Origin: Macrostomum lignano
Lineage: Eukaryota
Assembly: GCA_002269645.1 (NCBI GenBank)
Contig: NIVC01000034.1
Location: 248,001-312,000 of the forward strand
Direction of reading: 5' to 3'
Length of the DNA stretch: 64,000 bases
Shown: positions 51,401 through 64,000 of the stretch, piece after piece
Numbering within the stretch: position 1 is the first letter of the stretch
Layout: every line of letters starts with the position of its first letter
Translations under genes and position numbers: made by a program
Notes under the pieces: model-generated
Databases searched by the model: none
What the model was told of the DNA's origin: nothing
The model's input: the letters and a program-made list of their open reading frames with translations, nothing else

Positions 51401-53822
51401 AATGAATATAGAGGAACAACAATAAGAATGATAAACCGGAACCACAGAAGTGAGGCACTAATAGCATCGCACAATAGAAACTCACCGCGCCGGCTCCAAA
51501 GCCGCCCGTAGCGCCGAAAAATCCGCCGCCGGCGCTTGACACCACAGTTCCAGCCGGCGCCGATGTTGCCGCCGACGGGGCGCCAAAAAACGACGTAGCG
51601 GCGCCGCCTGTAGCTGGCGTCGACCCGACTGAAGCGCCAAATGCGAACGGTTTCGCCGCATTCGCCGCTCCAGCAGAGTTGCCACCGCCAAACAAGCCGC
51701 CGCCAGTGGCGCCGGCGCTAAATCCAAACGCCGATCCTGTCGCAGTGGCGCCAGGCGCCGCCGCAGTAGATGTCGATATTCCGGCGCCAAAAGCAAACGG
51801 GCTTGGCTTGGCGCCGGCGTTAGCACCGGCGCCGCCGAAAAGTCCACCCGTGGTGGCGCCAGACGCGGCTCCGGCGCTTCCGCCAAACAGAGAAGTGGCG
51901 CCAGGCGCGGCGGCGCCAGCAACCGAAGCAGGCTGGCTAGCGGGGGCGCCGAACATAAATCCGGTAGGTTTGACGCCGCCAGCCGTAGCCGCGCCGGCGC
52001 CAAACAGACCACCGGCGCCGGCTGTAGAAGTGGCGCCGCCAGTGGACGCGCCGAATCCAAATAGGCTGCTGCCAGTTCCGGCGCCGCTAGCGGCTACGCT
52101 GCCGAAGGTTGGCACGCCAGCCGTGGCGGCGCCAAATGGCTTAGCAGCCGTTGAAGTGGCGCCGGCGCCGCCAAAGAGGCCGCCGCCGCCAGTTGTAGCG
52201 CCAGCAGAGGCGCCAGCGCCAAACAGGCCGCCGCCAGTTGCCGGAGGGGCGCCAGCACCCGCGCCGGTGGAGGCTCCAGCGCCAAACATGCCAACGCCGG
52301 CGCTGGAGGCGCCAGACTGCGGCGCGCGCCGACCAGCTTGATAATCTTCAAGGCGCAGCTCCTCCAGACTACCGGCTTGATACTCTTTCATGGCCGTGAT
52401 CACCATGTGCTTGGTGTTCACTGTCTGCTGGGCACCGCCCTTGGCCTGCAAGGTTAGATGAGCGATTATTGATGCAATAATTGACTAGGATTAACTTCTG
52501 GCTGCATTTCAGTGATAAAAAGGCCTTTGTTTATTGTCATTTTCACCAAAATTGTAAATCATTGATACCGCATTCACGCTAATTCTAAACTGCTTTCTCA
52601 CTAATCTTAAACTGCATTCACACAAATCCTAAATCGAATTCACACCAATCCTAAACCGCATTCACACTAATATACAACTACATTCACACTAATCCTCAAC
52701 CGCATTCACACTAATCCTAAGTCACATTCACACCAATCCTAAATCGCATTCACACTAATCATACATAAACTGCTTTCTCACTAATCCTAAACTGCTTTCT
52801 CACTTATCCTAAACTGCATTCACACAAATCCTAAATCGCATTCACACCAATCCTAAACTGCTTTTTCACTAATCCTAAGTCAAATTCACACCAATCCTAA
52901 ACCGCATTCACACTAATCCTAAACTGCATTCACACCAATCGTCAACCGCATCACACTAATCCTAAGTCACATTCACACCAATCCTAAACCGCATTCACAT
53001 TAATAATAAACTGCTTTCTTACCAATCCTAAACTGCATTTACACAAATCCTAAACTGCATTCACACAAATCCTAAATCGCATTCACACCAATCCTAAACT
53101 GCTTTTTCACTAATCCTAAGTCATATTCACACCAATCCTAAAGCGCATTCACACTAATCCTAAACTGCATTCACACTAATCCTAAGTCACATTCACACTA
53201 ATCCTCAACCGCATTCACACTAATCATAAATCACGTACACACTAATCATCAACCGCATTCACACTAATCCTAAACCGCATTCACACTAATCCTAAATCAC
53301 ATACACACTAATCCTAAACCGCATTCACACTAATCCTAAACCACATTCACACTAATCAACAACAGCAGTCACACATTCACAACAGAGCACAGTGAACGGC
53401 ATATACCTGAGTGGAGCTCTCAGTCCCTATTGGCGGATTAAAGGCCGGCCTGTTACCAGCCGACATGCCGCCAAGACCGCCAACTGTGGCGCCGCCGGCG
53501 GCGCCAAAACCACCAGAGGCGCCAAACAGGCCGGCGCCGCCACCGCCACCAGCAACTGTACCAGTTCCAACGCCGCCAAAGGCTGAACCAGTGGCAGCAG
53601 AAACACCAGCAGTTGGTTGCACACCCACACCAACTGTAGGCTGCTGCATCATGCCAAATGTACCAGTGGCGCCAGTAGGCCGAGCAGCGGCGCCAAAAAG
53701 GCCAGTGGTGCCAGTTCCAGTGGCGCCAGCCGAAGGGCTGCCAAAAAGGCCGCCCCCAGTGCCAGCGGCTGGGGTTCCGACTGTTGGAGTTGCAGGTTTG
53801 CCAAATGGATTGCTGCCGAACA
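48440..53822 (-). CDS. NUP98: Nup98 moiety (FG/GLFG repeats, GLEBS, linker); exons 53822-53407, 52445-51486, 50399-50025, 49153-about 48440
   Basis: Many GLFG/SFG/AFG repeats. GLEBS motif TKHMVITAMKEYQAGSLEELRLEDYQAGRR. Linker LPYG, VRPL...LFEG and KSNWKKLTL. Phase-0 GT-AG junctions. Confidence 0.92.
49305..49997. repeat. 35-bp intronic minisatellite (CTGAGGATCAGGGAAGGTGTCAGTAACTGTGATAC)n
   Basis: Highly homogeneous tandem array. Confidence 0.97.
50865..51380. repeat. 24-bp telomere-like minisatellite (GGTTAGGTTTAGGATAAGGCTTTA)n
   Basis: Direct periodicity. Built from TTAGG/TTTAGG-like subunits. Confidence 0.95.
52575..53355. repeat. 22-bp degenerate intronic minisatellite (CGCATTCACACTAATCCTAAAC)n
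   Basis: Direct periodicity. Confidence 0.92.
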
Positions 53823-54249
53823 CTACAATTGGTTGTTTAGTTTTAGTTGTTTAAGTTAGTTTGCTTTGTCAGTGTGTTGCGTGAGCATACTACATAAGTC
53901 ATGATTCATGAATATTTAGAAGTAAAAGTGAAATGAATACAGTGTGATACAATTCACAATGTATTCACCTATAGCTCAAGAATAATTCCATTTACTAGAT
54001 GATTGAACATGGAATATGAGAACCCTGATTCAAATGGATCATTAGTTGCAGAATATGAATCCAGTAGAGATACAAGCTATTAAAACCTACAGATTTTTTA
54101 TTTTTTAAAGCAAAACCCTAAATTCCAATTAATAGAACTATCTTTGCATTGATTTTTTAATTTGAAGTCATGCTCAAACAAAAACTTGTTAACAGTTAGG
54201 GAAAAGGCTAACAAAGATAGGAGCAAATACATGTTAAATTAAGATTTGA

Positions 54250-54860
54250 GGCTTTTGCAACTTCTCCTCTCTTCAACCTTCTCATCTGTTTCCTATATTT
54301 ATTTTCTCTCATCCCTCATACCTCCTCTCTCCTTTCCTTTCTCTTCTTTTTACATTCTTATCTCTCTTATCATCTCTTTCCACTCTACTCTTTGATCTTA
54401 TCTCTCCTCTCTAATCTTTCCTTTTATCTCTTATCTATTTTCTCCTCTCCTTCTTTCTCTTGTCTCCTTTTTCCTCTCTCTTCTCTTTTCTGATCTCATC
54501 TATTATCTTTCTCATGAGAGAGATGAATCTCTCTCCTCACCTAGCTTTTCTCTTTTCTTTTATCTTTTCTCCGATTGCATTGCTTACCTCTGTTTGCTTA
54601 TCTCTAATTGATTCTTTTATCCCCTCTGCTTTGAAGTAAGAAAGTTTGCTTACATTTTTGCTAAAGATAAGAGGAGAAAAGAGGGCATTGAGGAAAAGGG
54701 TAGAGAGAAAAAGGGAGAAAGAAGGGAGGAGAAAAGAGGAGAGAAAAAAGGAGAGAAGAGAGGAGGAAAAAGGGAGAGAAAGAAAAGGGAAGGTTAGGAA
54801 GAGAGAGAGAAGAGAGTTAAAGAGACCAACCTAGAGAGAGAGAAGAGCCCTTCTAGGCCA
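54250..54860. repeat. pyrimidine-rich then purine-rich low-complexity tract
   Basis: CT-rich at about 54250-54640, AG-rich at about 54660-54860. Confidence 0.7.
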
Positions 54861-55499
54861 GATAGAGGGGCTTCACAAGCTAGAGTTTGCCAACCCTTGC
54901 TTCAGAGTTTGAGAAATCAATGGGAAACTGTTGGGATAGGCTGTTGATTTCAAAGATCTTGTCTGTAATTGAAGGCTTCTATTCTAGGTTTGCTCTCCTG
55001 CTATACTTGCATCTACTATCCTGATTGCCTCTGATTGCAACTTAGTCGCTCCTTTTATGACTTTACCTAATCATTTTGCAATTCATCTAATTATTTTGCA
55101 ACTTACCTAATCATTTTTGTGACTTAGTTGCTCTTTTTGCAACTTATCTAATCATTTGTACTGCTTAATTTGCTTTAGTTGCAACTTGTTTTTCTTTTGC
55201 TTTATTATTATATTTCCTTATATTGCACTTTTTTCTCTTTTTTCTTGCCTTTCTTTCTTTCTTTGGTCTTGGGATTTTTCATTTTTGGTTAACTCAACTT
55301 TGCAACTTACCCTAGTTAATTACAATTTATAGTGGCTAGATCGGCCATGTCTGCCAGCAGTTGTGCATATATGGCAGAGAAAATATTAACATTAGCTACT
55401 TGCTGTCTGATAGATACTTGCTATCTAGGAGTAGGAGATATTTGCTATTGTATCTAGAGGTTGGTGCTTACTATTAAGGGATGCTTGCTCTCAAAGGAG

Positions 55500-55720
55500 A
55501 AGGGTATACTTGCTATATATATATTCTTTTTATCTAGGGATTCTTGCTATCTGCAATTAGAATTATAGGATACTTGCTATCTAAGGGATACTTGCTATCT
55601 AGATAATGCTTGCTATCTAAGAGATACTTGCTATCTAAGTAAATACTTGTTATCTAGATAGATGCTTATTATCTAGGTGGATAATTGTTATCTAAAGAGA
55701 TATTTGCTATTTATTTCTAA
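55500..55720. repeat. degenerate repeat of about 16-18 bp with core GATACTTGCTATCTAG
   Basis: Repeated TACTTGCTATCTA motif. Confidence 0.7.
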
Positions 55721-56148
55721 GAAATATCTCTTAGAAATAAAGAAATATTTCTAAGAGGATGCTAGCTATCTTAGGCCTTAAGTTAGAGACAATTTCTATT
55801 TAAGAAAGAGAATGTCTACTATCTTTATGAAGCGTTTTTATTCTTTTTCTATAATTTTACAAAAAGAGATTCATAGTAAATATCTTTGTCCATGATAATT
55901 GTACTCAAATAAGATGATTTGTAAAACAAAAGAATTAGTTTTTTTTAAATGTGCTTTTTTAATTGTTTTCCATGGATAATTTTTGCTCCTTGGCCTTACT
56001 TATTATGTGCCCTGAAGGAAGCACTAGATTGCTAAGTTTAGAACTAAACTAGGCCTACTAAAATTGAAATGGATTTTTAAAAGAAAAGTAAAAAAAAACA
56101 TTTTAATTAATATAATTTTAATCATAACATAAGCCAATAAGGCTAAGG

Positions 56149-56233
56149 GTAGGGACTTCAGTGAGATTTTGAAAGTTTATTTTTGTTTTTTCTACATCAT
56201 TTTCAACTGTCAAAATCTCACTGAAGTCTCTAC
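56149..56233. mobile_element. 85-bp mini inverted-repeat element
   Basis: Arms GTAGGGACTTCAGTGAGATTTTGA / TCAAAATCTCACTGAAGTCTCTAC, flanked by the direct repeat TAAGG. Confidence 0.55.
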
Positions 56234-56986
56234 TAAGGTAATATTTTAGGGCAATATTCAATCCTTAAAGTAACTCTATCCTATACTATATAGTATATTG
56301 ACTTGGATATAAATACAAAACATTTCTATTTTTATGGCAAAAATCTAAGAAATCATATTAAAAGACATTAAGACAGTGACTTACTTTTAGATTTTTTGTA
56401 GCACTTAGACTTGGGTCTTGTTCACTTGGAAAGATTAGGCCTAGGTATTCTTTAAAATTCACTATTAATTGTCTATTAATGTTTGTTAATAGTCAAAGAC
56501 TTCTGTAGCAATTAGTTTTCTCTTAACTAAAATTAACTATAACAATTATATGCTAGGCCTAGGGCATATGGCTTCTACAGTTCTACCTAAGTAGGTGTAG
56601 GTTCACTTTGTCTGACTCTATAACTTAATTATTAAAAAATGAAGTCGAGTTTGTTTAATTACAGAGCTGGCTTTCCAAACACAAAGTCAGTTTTTAGCAG
56701 GCCTTTAGAAAGAAAATGAAAACTTAATTTTAATTGCTTATAGCTTTACAACTAGTTATCAAAACTATGAGCACTTAGTCATTTAGTTTATGCTTTGAAT
56801 TAAGCGCTACACTGTTATTAAACCGCAATTATAAGTATCTCAGGTTGTACTATAATAAAGCTGTTTCTTAGCAGTGCATTTGCTTATTACGTTATTTACC
56901 CTTGATTACAAATTACAATGCAGAGGAAGGAGAATATTTTATTAACTATGTCATTCAGATTGCGAAATCGAAAAATTCAACTATAA

Positions 56987-57361
56987 GGGTCTCCCTAAAA
57001 CACGCACCGCACCGCCCCGACCGCTACACATTATAACATTTTTGTCAATGCAGTATTTTGATTGCAAAGAAAACTATTTGTTGTAAGAGTAACAGAATAA
57101 TTAACTTTATTTATTACCTTAATATTATTAATTTTTTTTCATATTCTCGTTTGCATTATTAAATTATATTATTTTTTTATTAATATTATTATTAATATCA
57201 CTTATTATACACCGAATTTAATATTTCAAAGTAAAAAAACTAAATTTTATAAAAGCTTAAAGATTAACATAAAATGCATTTTGAAATGTCTTCAGTTATA
57301 GTCCAATTTGTTTTAACGTGTAGCGCTGTGGGGCGGGGCGGTGCGTGTTTTAGGGAGACCC
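56987..57361. mobile_element. Mutator-like MITE, 375 bp
   Basis: TIRs GGGTCTCCCTAAAACACGCACCGC / GCGGTGCGTGTTTTAGGGAGACCC. 9-bp TSD CAACTATAA at 56978-56986 and 57362-57370. Confidence 0.88.
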
Positions 57362-57597
57362 CAACTATAATAGAAAGTTAAAATATGCAAGCAGAATAAC
57401 AACATATTTTTTTAGTATTTGTACTTACAGCAAACCGAATACAGATAAAAATTTTTTTTGTTTAAAAACAACAAATTAAAAGCATAACAGGGTAATTTAC
57501 TTCACTTTTTATTACTGCTTTGCGTCGCAAGTTTTTTTGAAATGGCTTAATATCTAAAAATAGTTCACGACTCTTTTTTTCCAAGTAAAACTTTAAT

Positions 57598-57797
57598 GGG
57601 CCGTATGCAGAAAGCCTAGTCCAGACTAGCTAGTCCGGACTTGGGTAGTTCAGTCTATAGTCTATGGTCCAGCTAGCATAGTGCTGCTATAGTAGACTGG
57701 TCTAACTTTGTGTTTCTGCATACCAAATCCAAGTCCAGACTAGCTTTTCAAGACCGGACTACCGGCTACCCTAGACAGAGCTTTCTGCATACGGCCC
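57598..57797. mobile_element. PIF/Harbinger-like MITE, 200 bp
   Basis: 18-bp TIRs GGGCCGTATGCAGAAAGC / GCTTTCTGCATACGGCCC. 3-bp direct repeat AAT on both flanks. Confidence 0.8.
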
Positions 57798-58477
57798 AAT
57801 AAATCTTCTGCGACGCTATGGACCGACCCAAAAATGTCATCTATCTTTGTATAATTTCCTCATGTTTTTTATTGCATCTTGTGTGTTTTTATCTAGCCAT
57901 TACTTTTAGTAGACTCTTTCATTTACCATATGAATAAGCAAGAGGACTCTATATATTTCTGTATTTGGAAATTTGGATTAGATGGAGTGTCAGTAGTCAC
58001 ACACTAGTCAGTACCAGTCAGTAGCAATCAATTTTGACTCATGTCACTTTTTTTTAATATGCACTCTAGCATTATAGCATAATCTTAGCATAATCTATTT
58101 ATAAGCAGATACTATGTTGTATACTTGTAACACTTGCAGAATAATAGTAGGAGAGTCTGTCTCATTCCACTTAGGCAGAGCTATGCAGTCCAAATTATAT
58201 TAATAATCAAGTTGGCAGCAGTGGTCTGTCACAATATATTTATATTAGAATACATTTTCCTGGTTTAAAACAAAATATAATAATAATATAGAATAATTAT
58301 TATGATACTATTGTTCCATTTTTTGAAAATCTTATAGCTAAATTTATTTATCATTTATTATCAATGCAATTATATAGGATTACTAAACTTTTGTTTTTCA
58401 GAAATAAGATTAAAAATACAAACTTGAGACAACTCAAGGCACTTTTCAAGTTTACCCTTTGAAATCCTTCAACTGGC

Positions 58478-61400
58478 ATGTCTAGTGAAGATGCCTCATT
58501 TGAACAGTAAGTTCAACTGCTTATTCTGTTGTTTTGGTATTTAGAACAAAAACTTTATCAGAGTAATTATAAACTGATTTTAAATTATTAAAAAAACAGA
58601 AATCCACTCCGAGAGCTGCTGTCTCTGCTTGAAACGTCGCTGCCTCTGCCAGTCACAGCAGCACCAGCAGCTCAGCAGCAGCAATTAGAGAAGCAGCAAC
58701 AAAGTCTTCGGGATCAGCGCAGGTCAAGCCAATCAGCCAAGCCAGTCCCAGACAGCCCCTGGCCCTTGGCCAGCCCTAGGGCCAGCGCCCACGATCAGCA
58801 AGAAGCCGAGCTGTGGCACCTGTTCTGTCAGTCGCATCGAAATGAACGCCGTTTTGGTGCATCAAATCACGGGGCCAACAAACTGCTGGATTTGCTGTTG
58901 GCCAGGAGAGTCAAATCGGATTTGTGGATGTCCAGCGCACAGCCAGACACTTTGCTAGGCCTCCTAGGAGCTTTGAGAATTCTACTTCGCGATCGGTTTA
59001 TGCAGCGTCGTTGCCTTGACGACGTTGAAGCTTTGGAATGCTTAGCCAGGGCATTGAAATTGGCCTCTGAAAGTTACCTTATCCACGGCGACACACCGCA
59101 CATGCTGGACATTGTCAGAGAATTGTGCAACGTCTTTCAAAAGCTGATCACTTGTTCTGTCGCATCTGGTTCTGGCAATTCCGGCAATAGTGCCAATTCT
59201 GGGAAAGATATTTTCCTCAAACTGCAGGTAGGTTAATGCTAATTTTATAGAGCATCAAAATTCGTTAGTGTGAATGAGTAAATGAGTCAGTAATCCGTTA
59301 ATTTTGTGTCAATTATAACTGTTCTGTGTCAAGAGACTGTAACACACCGTTAATGATGTGTCAAGAGACTGTAACACACCGTTAATGATGTGTCAGAGAC
59401 TGTAACACACCGTTAATGATGTGTCAGAGACTGTAACACACCGTTAATGATGTGTCAAGAGACTGTAACACACTGTTAAATGATGTGTCAGAGACTGTAA
59501 CACACCGTTGAATGATGTGTCAAGAGACTGTAACACACTGTTAAATGATGTGTCAGAGACTGTAACACACCGTTAATGATGTGTCAGAGACTGTAACACA
59601 CCGTTAATGATGTGTCAAGAGACTGTAACACACTGTTAAATGATGTGTCAGAGACTGTAACACACCGTTGAATGATGTGTCAAGAGACTGTAACACACTG
59701 TTAAATGATGTGTCAGAGACTGTAACACACTGTTAAATGATGTGTCAGAGACTGTAACACACCGTTGAATGATGTGTCAGAGACTGCAACACACCGTTAA
59801 ATGATGTGTCAGAGACTAACACACTGGTGAATGTGTCAGTGACTGTAACGCTCTGTTTAATGCTGTCAGAGACTGTAACACACCGTTAAATTATGCATCA
59901 GAGACTGTAACACACCGTTAAATTATGCATCAGAGACTGTAACACACCGTTAAATTATGCATCAGAGACTGTAACACACCGTTAAATTATGCATCAGAGA
60001 CTGTAACAAACTTTTAAATGATGTCAGGACGAATTAGCGATAAGTAAAATATATAGAAGAATCTGTTATTAAACAAAGACATTTTCATTCACATTTTAAA
60101 AAAATCTGTCAAGGTCCATGTCTCCCTTGTGCACCTGCTATCGGCGAACGACTCTGCCACTCTCCAGTGCTCTCTGCACGCTCTGGCATCGTTAGCTCAA
60201 CAGGAGTCGCCGCGTCAGCTGCTTCGGAGCTCCAGCAGCGGCGTCGGCGGCGTGAAGCCGGAGTCGCTCACGGAGCAGCTCCTGGCCATTGCTGAGCGCT
60301 ACGATTCACAGTCGAAACGATTAGCAGCAAATCTGCTGCGTTTGCTTTTGTCAGACGCTTCAATTCGATCGGCAGTGTCTGAGCTAGACGGCATCGCTCT
60401 GCTGGTTAACCTAGCTGGATCTGAGGATGTTAAATTGGCTTGGAATGCTCTGTGGTGCCTCATACAACTGGCTGAAGATGCCGGGGTGAGGTGCGAAGTT
60501 CGAGCCCTAGGCGGAGTGCCGCTCATTCTAGCTCTGCTAGTGCCAAATGAAGACGATTCAGAAGATGGAGTTAGCGAGGATCAGGTAGGGTTCGGGGCCT
60601 TTAGGAGTGGGGATATTTTCATTTTTTGGGTGTAATCCTGTTCCCCAGCTTCCACCTTAGTACGTAAAGGTTAAAAATCCAGAGTCTTGACTCTAAGAAT
60701 CCTAACCCATAATTTAAGAATCCCAATCCCTATTTTAAGAAATCGAATCTTTAATCTAAGTATACCATAATTCAAAGACTCCGAATCCCAAATCTGAGAA
60801 TTTCAACCCTAATTCTAAGAATCCGAATCCCCAATCTGAGAATTCTAACCCTAATTCTAAGAATCCGAATCCCAAATCTGGGAATTCCAACCCTAATTCT
60901 TAGAATCCGAATCCCAAATCTGAGAATTCCAACCCCTAATTCTAAGAATCCGAATCCCCAATCTGAGAATTCCAACCCTAATTCTAAGAATCCGAATCCC
61001 AAATCTGAGAATTCCAACCCCTAATTCTAAGAATCCAAATCCCCAATCTGAGAGTCAGGAATCTCGATCTCAGTTACTTTTCTTAGCTAAAATTTCAATT
61101 ATTACTTAATGAATAAAGTCCCAGTAATTCATTTTCCCCAACAGGCTCAATTAACTCTAAACGTCCGTTCAGCAGCGTGCTGCGCCCTCACCGAGCTACT
61201 CATAGATGATAGAAACTCATTTTTAATCGCTCAAAACAACGGCGTTTATCTACTGGGTAGATTGCTACTCCCAGCTTCTTCTATTGCTTCATCAAACTCA
61301 TCGTCTTCATCAGCGGCTAGCGAAGGCAGCCAACGTATAGCTGAGGCGGTGAACACTTTGAGAAAGAATTCTTGTCGAGCTCTGCGATTTCTATTCAGCT

Positions 61401-62291
61401 TGGAGCGGAATAGGAGAGCGGTGAAGAAGCTGCTGCCTACGGGCCTGTTGGCTGCCTTCATTGATATTGGCCACTACAATAGGGATTTGAGCGCCTACGC
61501 TAGCGTTGTGGCCGCTATCGATCGGGTGAGGCTATTTCTGTGCCTATGTGTTTTTAGTAGGTCTTTTACTAGTTCGTGGGTTGGCCCTCGTGGCTGTGAA
61601 TCGAACGACAACCTACCTTTGTTACCTACGCGTTTACCTACGCAGTTGTAGTTGTTCGCTACTAGGGGGTTGGTTGGCAAACTTTCTTACCTGAAGGGCC
61701 CAGCTGGAACATGGAAAATCTAGCGCATGGCTGCGGGCGAGAGGAGAGGAGGGATTAGATGGAATAGAGGAGGAAGGAAGGAGAGAGCTGAGAAGAGACA
61801 CAAACCTTGTGCTATTGCTATTGGGAAGTTTCAAAGCACCCAAGGGACGGATTCAAAGCTCTAGTGATATGCCTTATCTTGTTCGCTGGATGGATGCCTT
61901 ATCAGTTTACCATTCTGACTACATCTATATCAAGCATTCAATGTCTCAAAACTTTGCATGCTCCACAACCGCCCCCCCCCCGCCTAGGACGAGGAGCTGG
62001 CTCAGGAGCTGCGCACGAATCTGGAGTCTGTCAATCAGAATCGCGAAGCCAACCAGCACATCAAAGACTACGCCGTGTTGGAGATTCTCGGCAGCGGAGC
62101 ATTCGGTACAGTTTATAAAGTGCGCAAACAAGACACAATGTACGCTATAAAAGAGTTGAACACTGGCGGTCTCGGTCGCAACGCCAACGAACGACAGAAG
62201 AATGTCGGTTACATTGTCAGCGAACTGACCATGGCCAAGGAGCATCTTAGACATCCTAATGTTGTTCGCTATTATAAAACTTTTGAAGAAA
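58478..62291 (+). CDS. NEK10: NIMA-related kinase 10, 3'-partial; exons 58478-58506, 58600-59227, 60114-60584, 61145-61525, 61988-62291 (continues beyond)
   Basis: ARM-like helical N-terminus with RALRFLFSLERNR..KKLLP..L..FIDIGHY.RDLSAY. Kinase start YAVLEILGSGAFGTVYKVRK...YAIKE and HLRHPNVVRYYKTF. Splice phases are consistent; a micro-exon before 61988 cannot be excluded. Confidence 0.9.
59330..60010. repeat. 31-33-bp intronic minisatellite (AGAGACTGTAACACACCGTTAATGATGTGTC)n
   Basis: Direct periodicity in a NEK10 intron. Confidence 0.95.
60690..61060. repeat. 42-bp intronic minisatellite (AATCCGAATCCCAAATCTGAGAATTCCAACCCTAATTCTAAG)n
   Basis: Direct periodicity in a NEK10 intron. Confidence 0.92.
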
Positions 62292-62754
62292 GTAAGTTGT
62301 CGTTTTCAACCTTTCTTTATCATACAAGTCTGGTAAAATTTATATAATAAATATAAATCTAATCTTGTTGTTTGTTTAAACTCTCTTACTAATACAATAA
62401 TAATGCAACAAATTTTTACCTACGAGGAATCAGTACCTGTTGAGAAAATGTTACCGTGACAAGAATCACTCTAAAGAGTCATTAAAAACAACTCACTAGT
62501 GACTCTAGCGAAGGGGCGACTCTTGTGACTTTTTAACGACTTAAACGACTGAACTCTAATGCGACGGTGAGACGACTGTTGAGTCACGAGCGCAACATGT
62601 TGAGTTGCAGAATCGTTAAAGTGTCGCAAAAAAGTCGTCCAAAGTTGTTGTGTTGGCGCTTAAATTTTTACTAACTCAAGTAGACTAAATCGAAAAGGAC
62701 AGAAGCCTCTATCCAGCCCTCAGGTAGCTTTGAAACTTCACAATAGCAATCTAA

Positions 62755-63503
62755 TCTAATATATCTAAAGTAGCAACCCCCCCTCCACCGGCCCTGTCTG
62801 TCTGTGGGTATGTAACAGGTTATCTCCCAAAAGGCTCAACCGATTTTCTCCGTTTCTTCGCCAAAAGATGTCAAATGTGCCCGGGACGGTACATGTAATT
62901 TTATTAAGCTCTAGCTCAATGCTAAGGGGATTAAATATTCGAAAAACTGTTTTAAATGGCCTTTTTAGTGTATTTTTTTTATCAGCCTGCGCGCAGCGAG
63001 AAACTTCACAGCCAATTTTAATGATTGCGCCAGAGCCAACTGATAAGAAAATTCACTTTGCCCCACTGCCCAGATAATTACTCTATTCAACTTGCGTAAC
63101 CAATTAAGGGGGGGGGGGTATAATAAAAATTCTGGATGCTTCCAATATACTAAAAATCAAAACTATGTACCTATAGGAACCTTCGCTTAACTTCACTCTA
63201 CATGGTCGGAATTTCGTGGGGTTTTCTGCATTCGATGCGTATTGATGGTGCGCAGGTACACAAAATTTTGCTAAGAAATTGCTTCATTTTTTCGGGCTTA
63301 AATATTCGAAAAACTCAATTTTCTCCCTGTTTTTTAAAGTTCAAACAGTTATTTCCGATTGAGAAGAAGTCTGCCGGCCGATGGAATTGTATTGCATCAT
63401 AACTCAGTGCCAACTATAGCATTGGTTCTCCACACTCGCGTGGAGAGCTACAAGCGTTGAAAGGTTGCGCAACACATTTTAATTGAGGGGCGGGTGTCGC
63501 TAT
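62755..63503 (+). mobile_element. putative non-autonomous Helitron-like element in a NEK10 intron
   Basis: The 5' end TCTAATATATCTAAAG...CTGTCTGTCTGT...CTCAACCGATTTT and the 3' end GCGGGTGTCGCTAT resemble common non-autonomous Helitron termini. Recognised by resemblance only. Confidence 0.4.
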
Positions 63504-64000
63504 TCAATTATTCATGGGCTGGCTTGGTTGTTAATTTCAATGCATCAACTTGCAGGCCTCTCACTGTAGCTGGCGCTGAATGTACGCCTTATGAATTTGA
63601 ATGCTTTAAAGCAGGAATGTTCAATCATTGTTTGTGCTTCGAGTTTTTTACTTTCAGAAGAGAGCCTTGTATTGCTAGAAAGAGCTTGAAACGCTGAGTT
63701 CGGGAATAATTTCTTTGCTTAGATTCGAAAAATTAAAAGCACAGCATTAAAAAGAAGATTCCTTTGAATTTTACTTTATATACTCATTGTACGCTCTCCA
63801 ATATCGCAAACCCCTACTTTATCGCAATTCCACAATTCAAGCCAGCGCCATGAATTTAGATTTAGATTGCGTAACCATATTGGTGACTTTATTTGAAACT
63901 GATACAGACTGGCTGAGAAATTATGTCATAACTGCTTCCTGTGATTTACTCTGTGCGTGGAGTTTTGAAAGTGTTGAATTATGTAAGTGCTACAATTTAT

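Noticed and set aside
51482-53859. Pro/Ala-rich ORFs on the plus strand and in alternative frames
   Set aside because: These are shadows of GC-rich Nup98 FG codons. The shadows over the Gly-rich, WSC, PLE and LINE ORFs are the same kind of artefact.

Overview
This is eukaryotic, metazoan genomic DNA with GT-AG spliceosomal introns, SINEs, a LINE, MITEs and many micro/minisatellites. Codon style and repeat load suggest a free-living flatworm such as Macrostomum (inference only). All exon models were built by hand from splice signals and reading-frame phase. From 0.4 to 34 kb lies a birth-and-death cluster of secreted modular genes: a vWA+WSC gene, a 7xWSC gene, a 3xWSC pseudogene, an F-type lectin relic, and four signal peptide + PAN/Apple + ALK/LTK-type glycine-rich genes (two intact, one frameshift-compensated, one dead). 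A degenerate septin sits in the same interval. A (CT)n-embedded Penelope-like retroelement family carries minimal hammerhead ribozymes (two copies found). From 36 to 54 kb (minus strand) is Nup98-Nup96; most of its larger introns carry a private minisatellite, one holds a TSD-flanked LINE, and no autoprotease domain is visible. One Nup96 exon is bracketed by 6+6 inverted copies of a 14-bp quasi-palindrome. From 58.5 kb to the end (plus strand) is the 5' part of NEK10. There is no CRISPR array, rRNA or intact tRNA.
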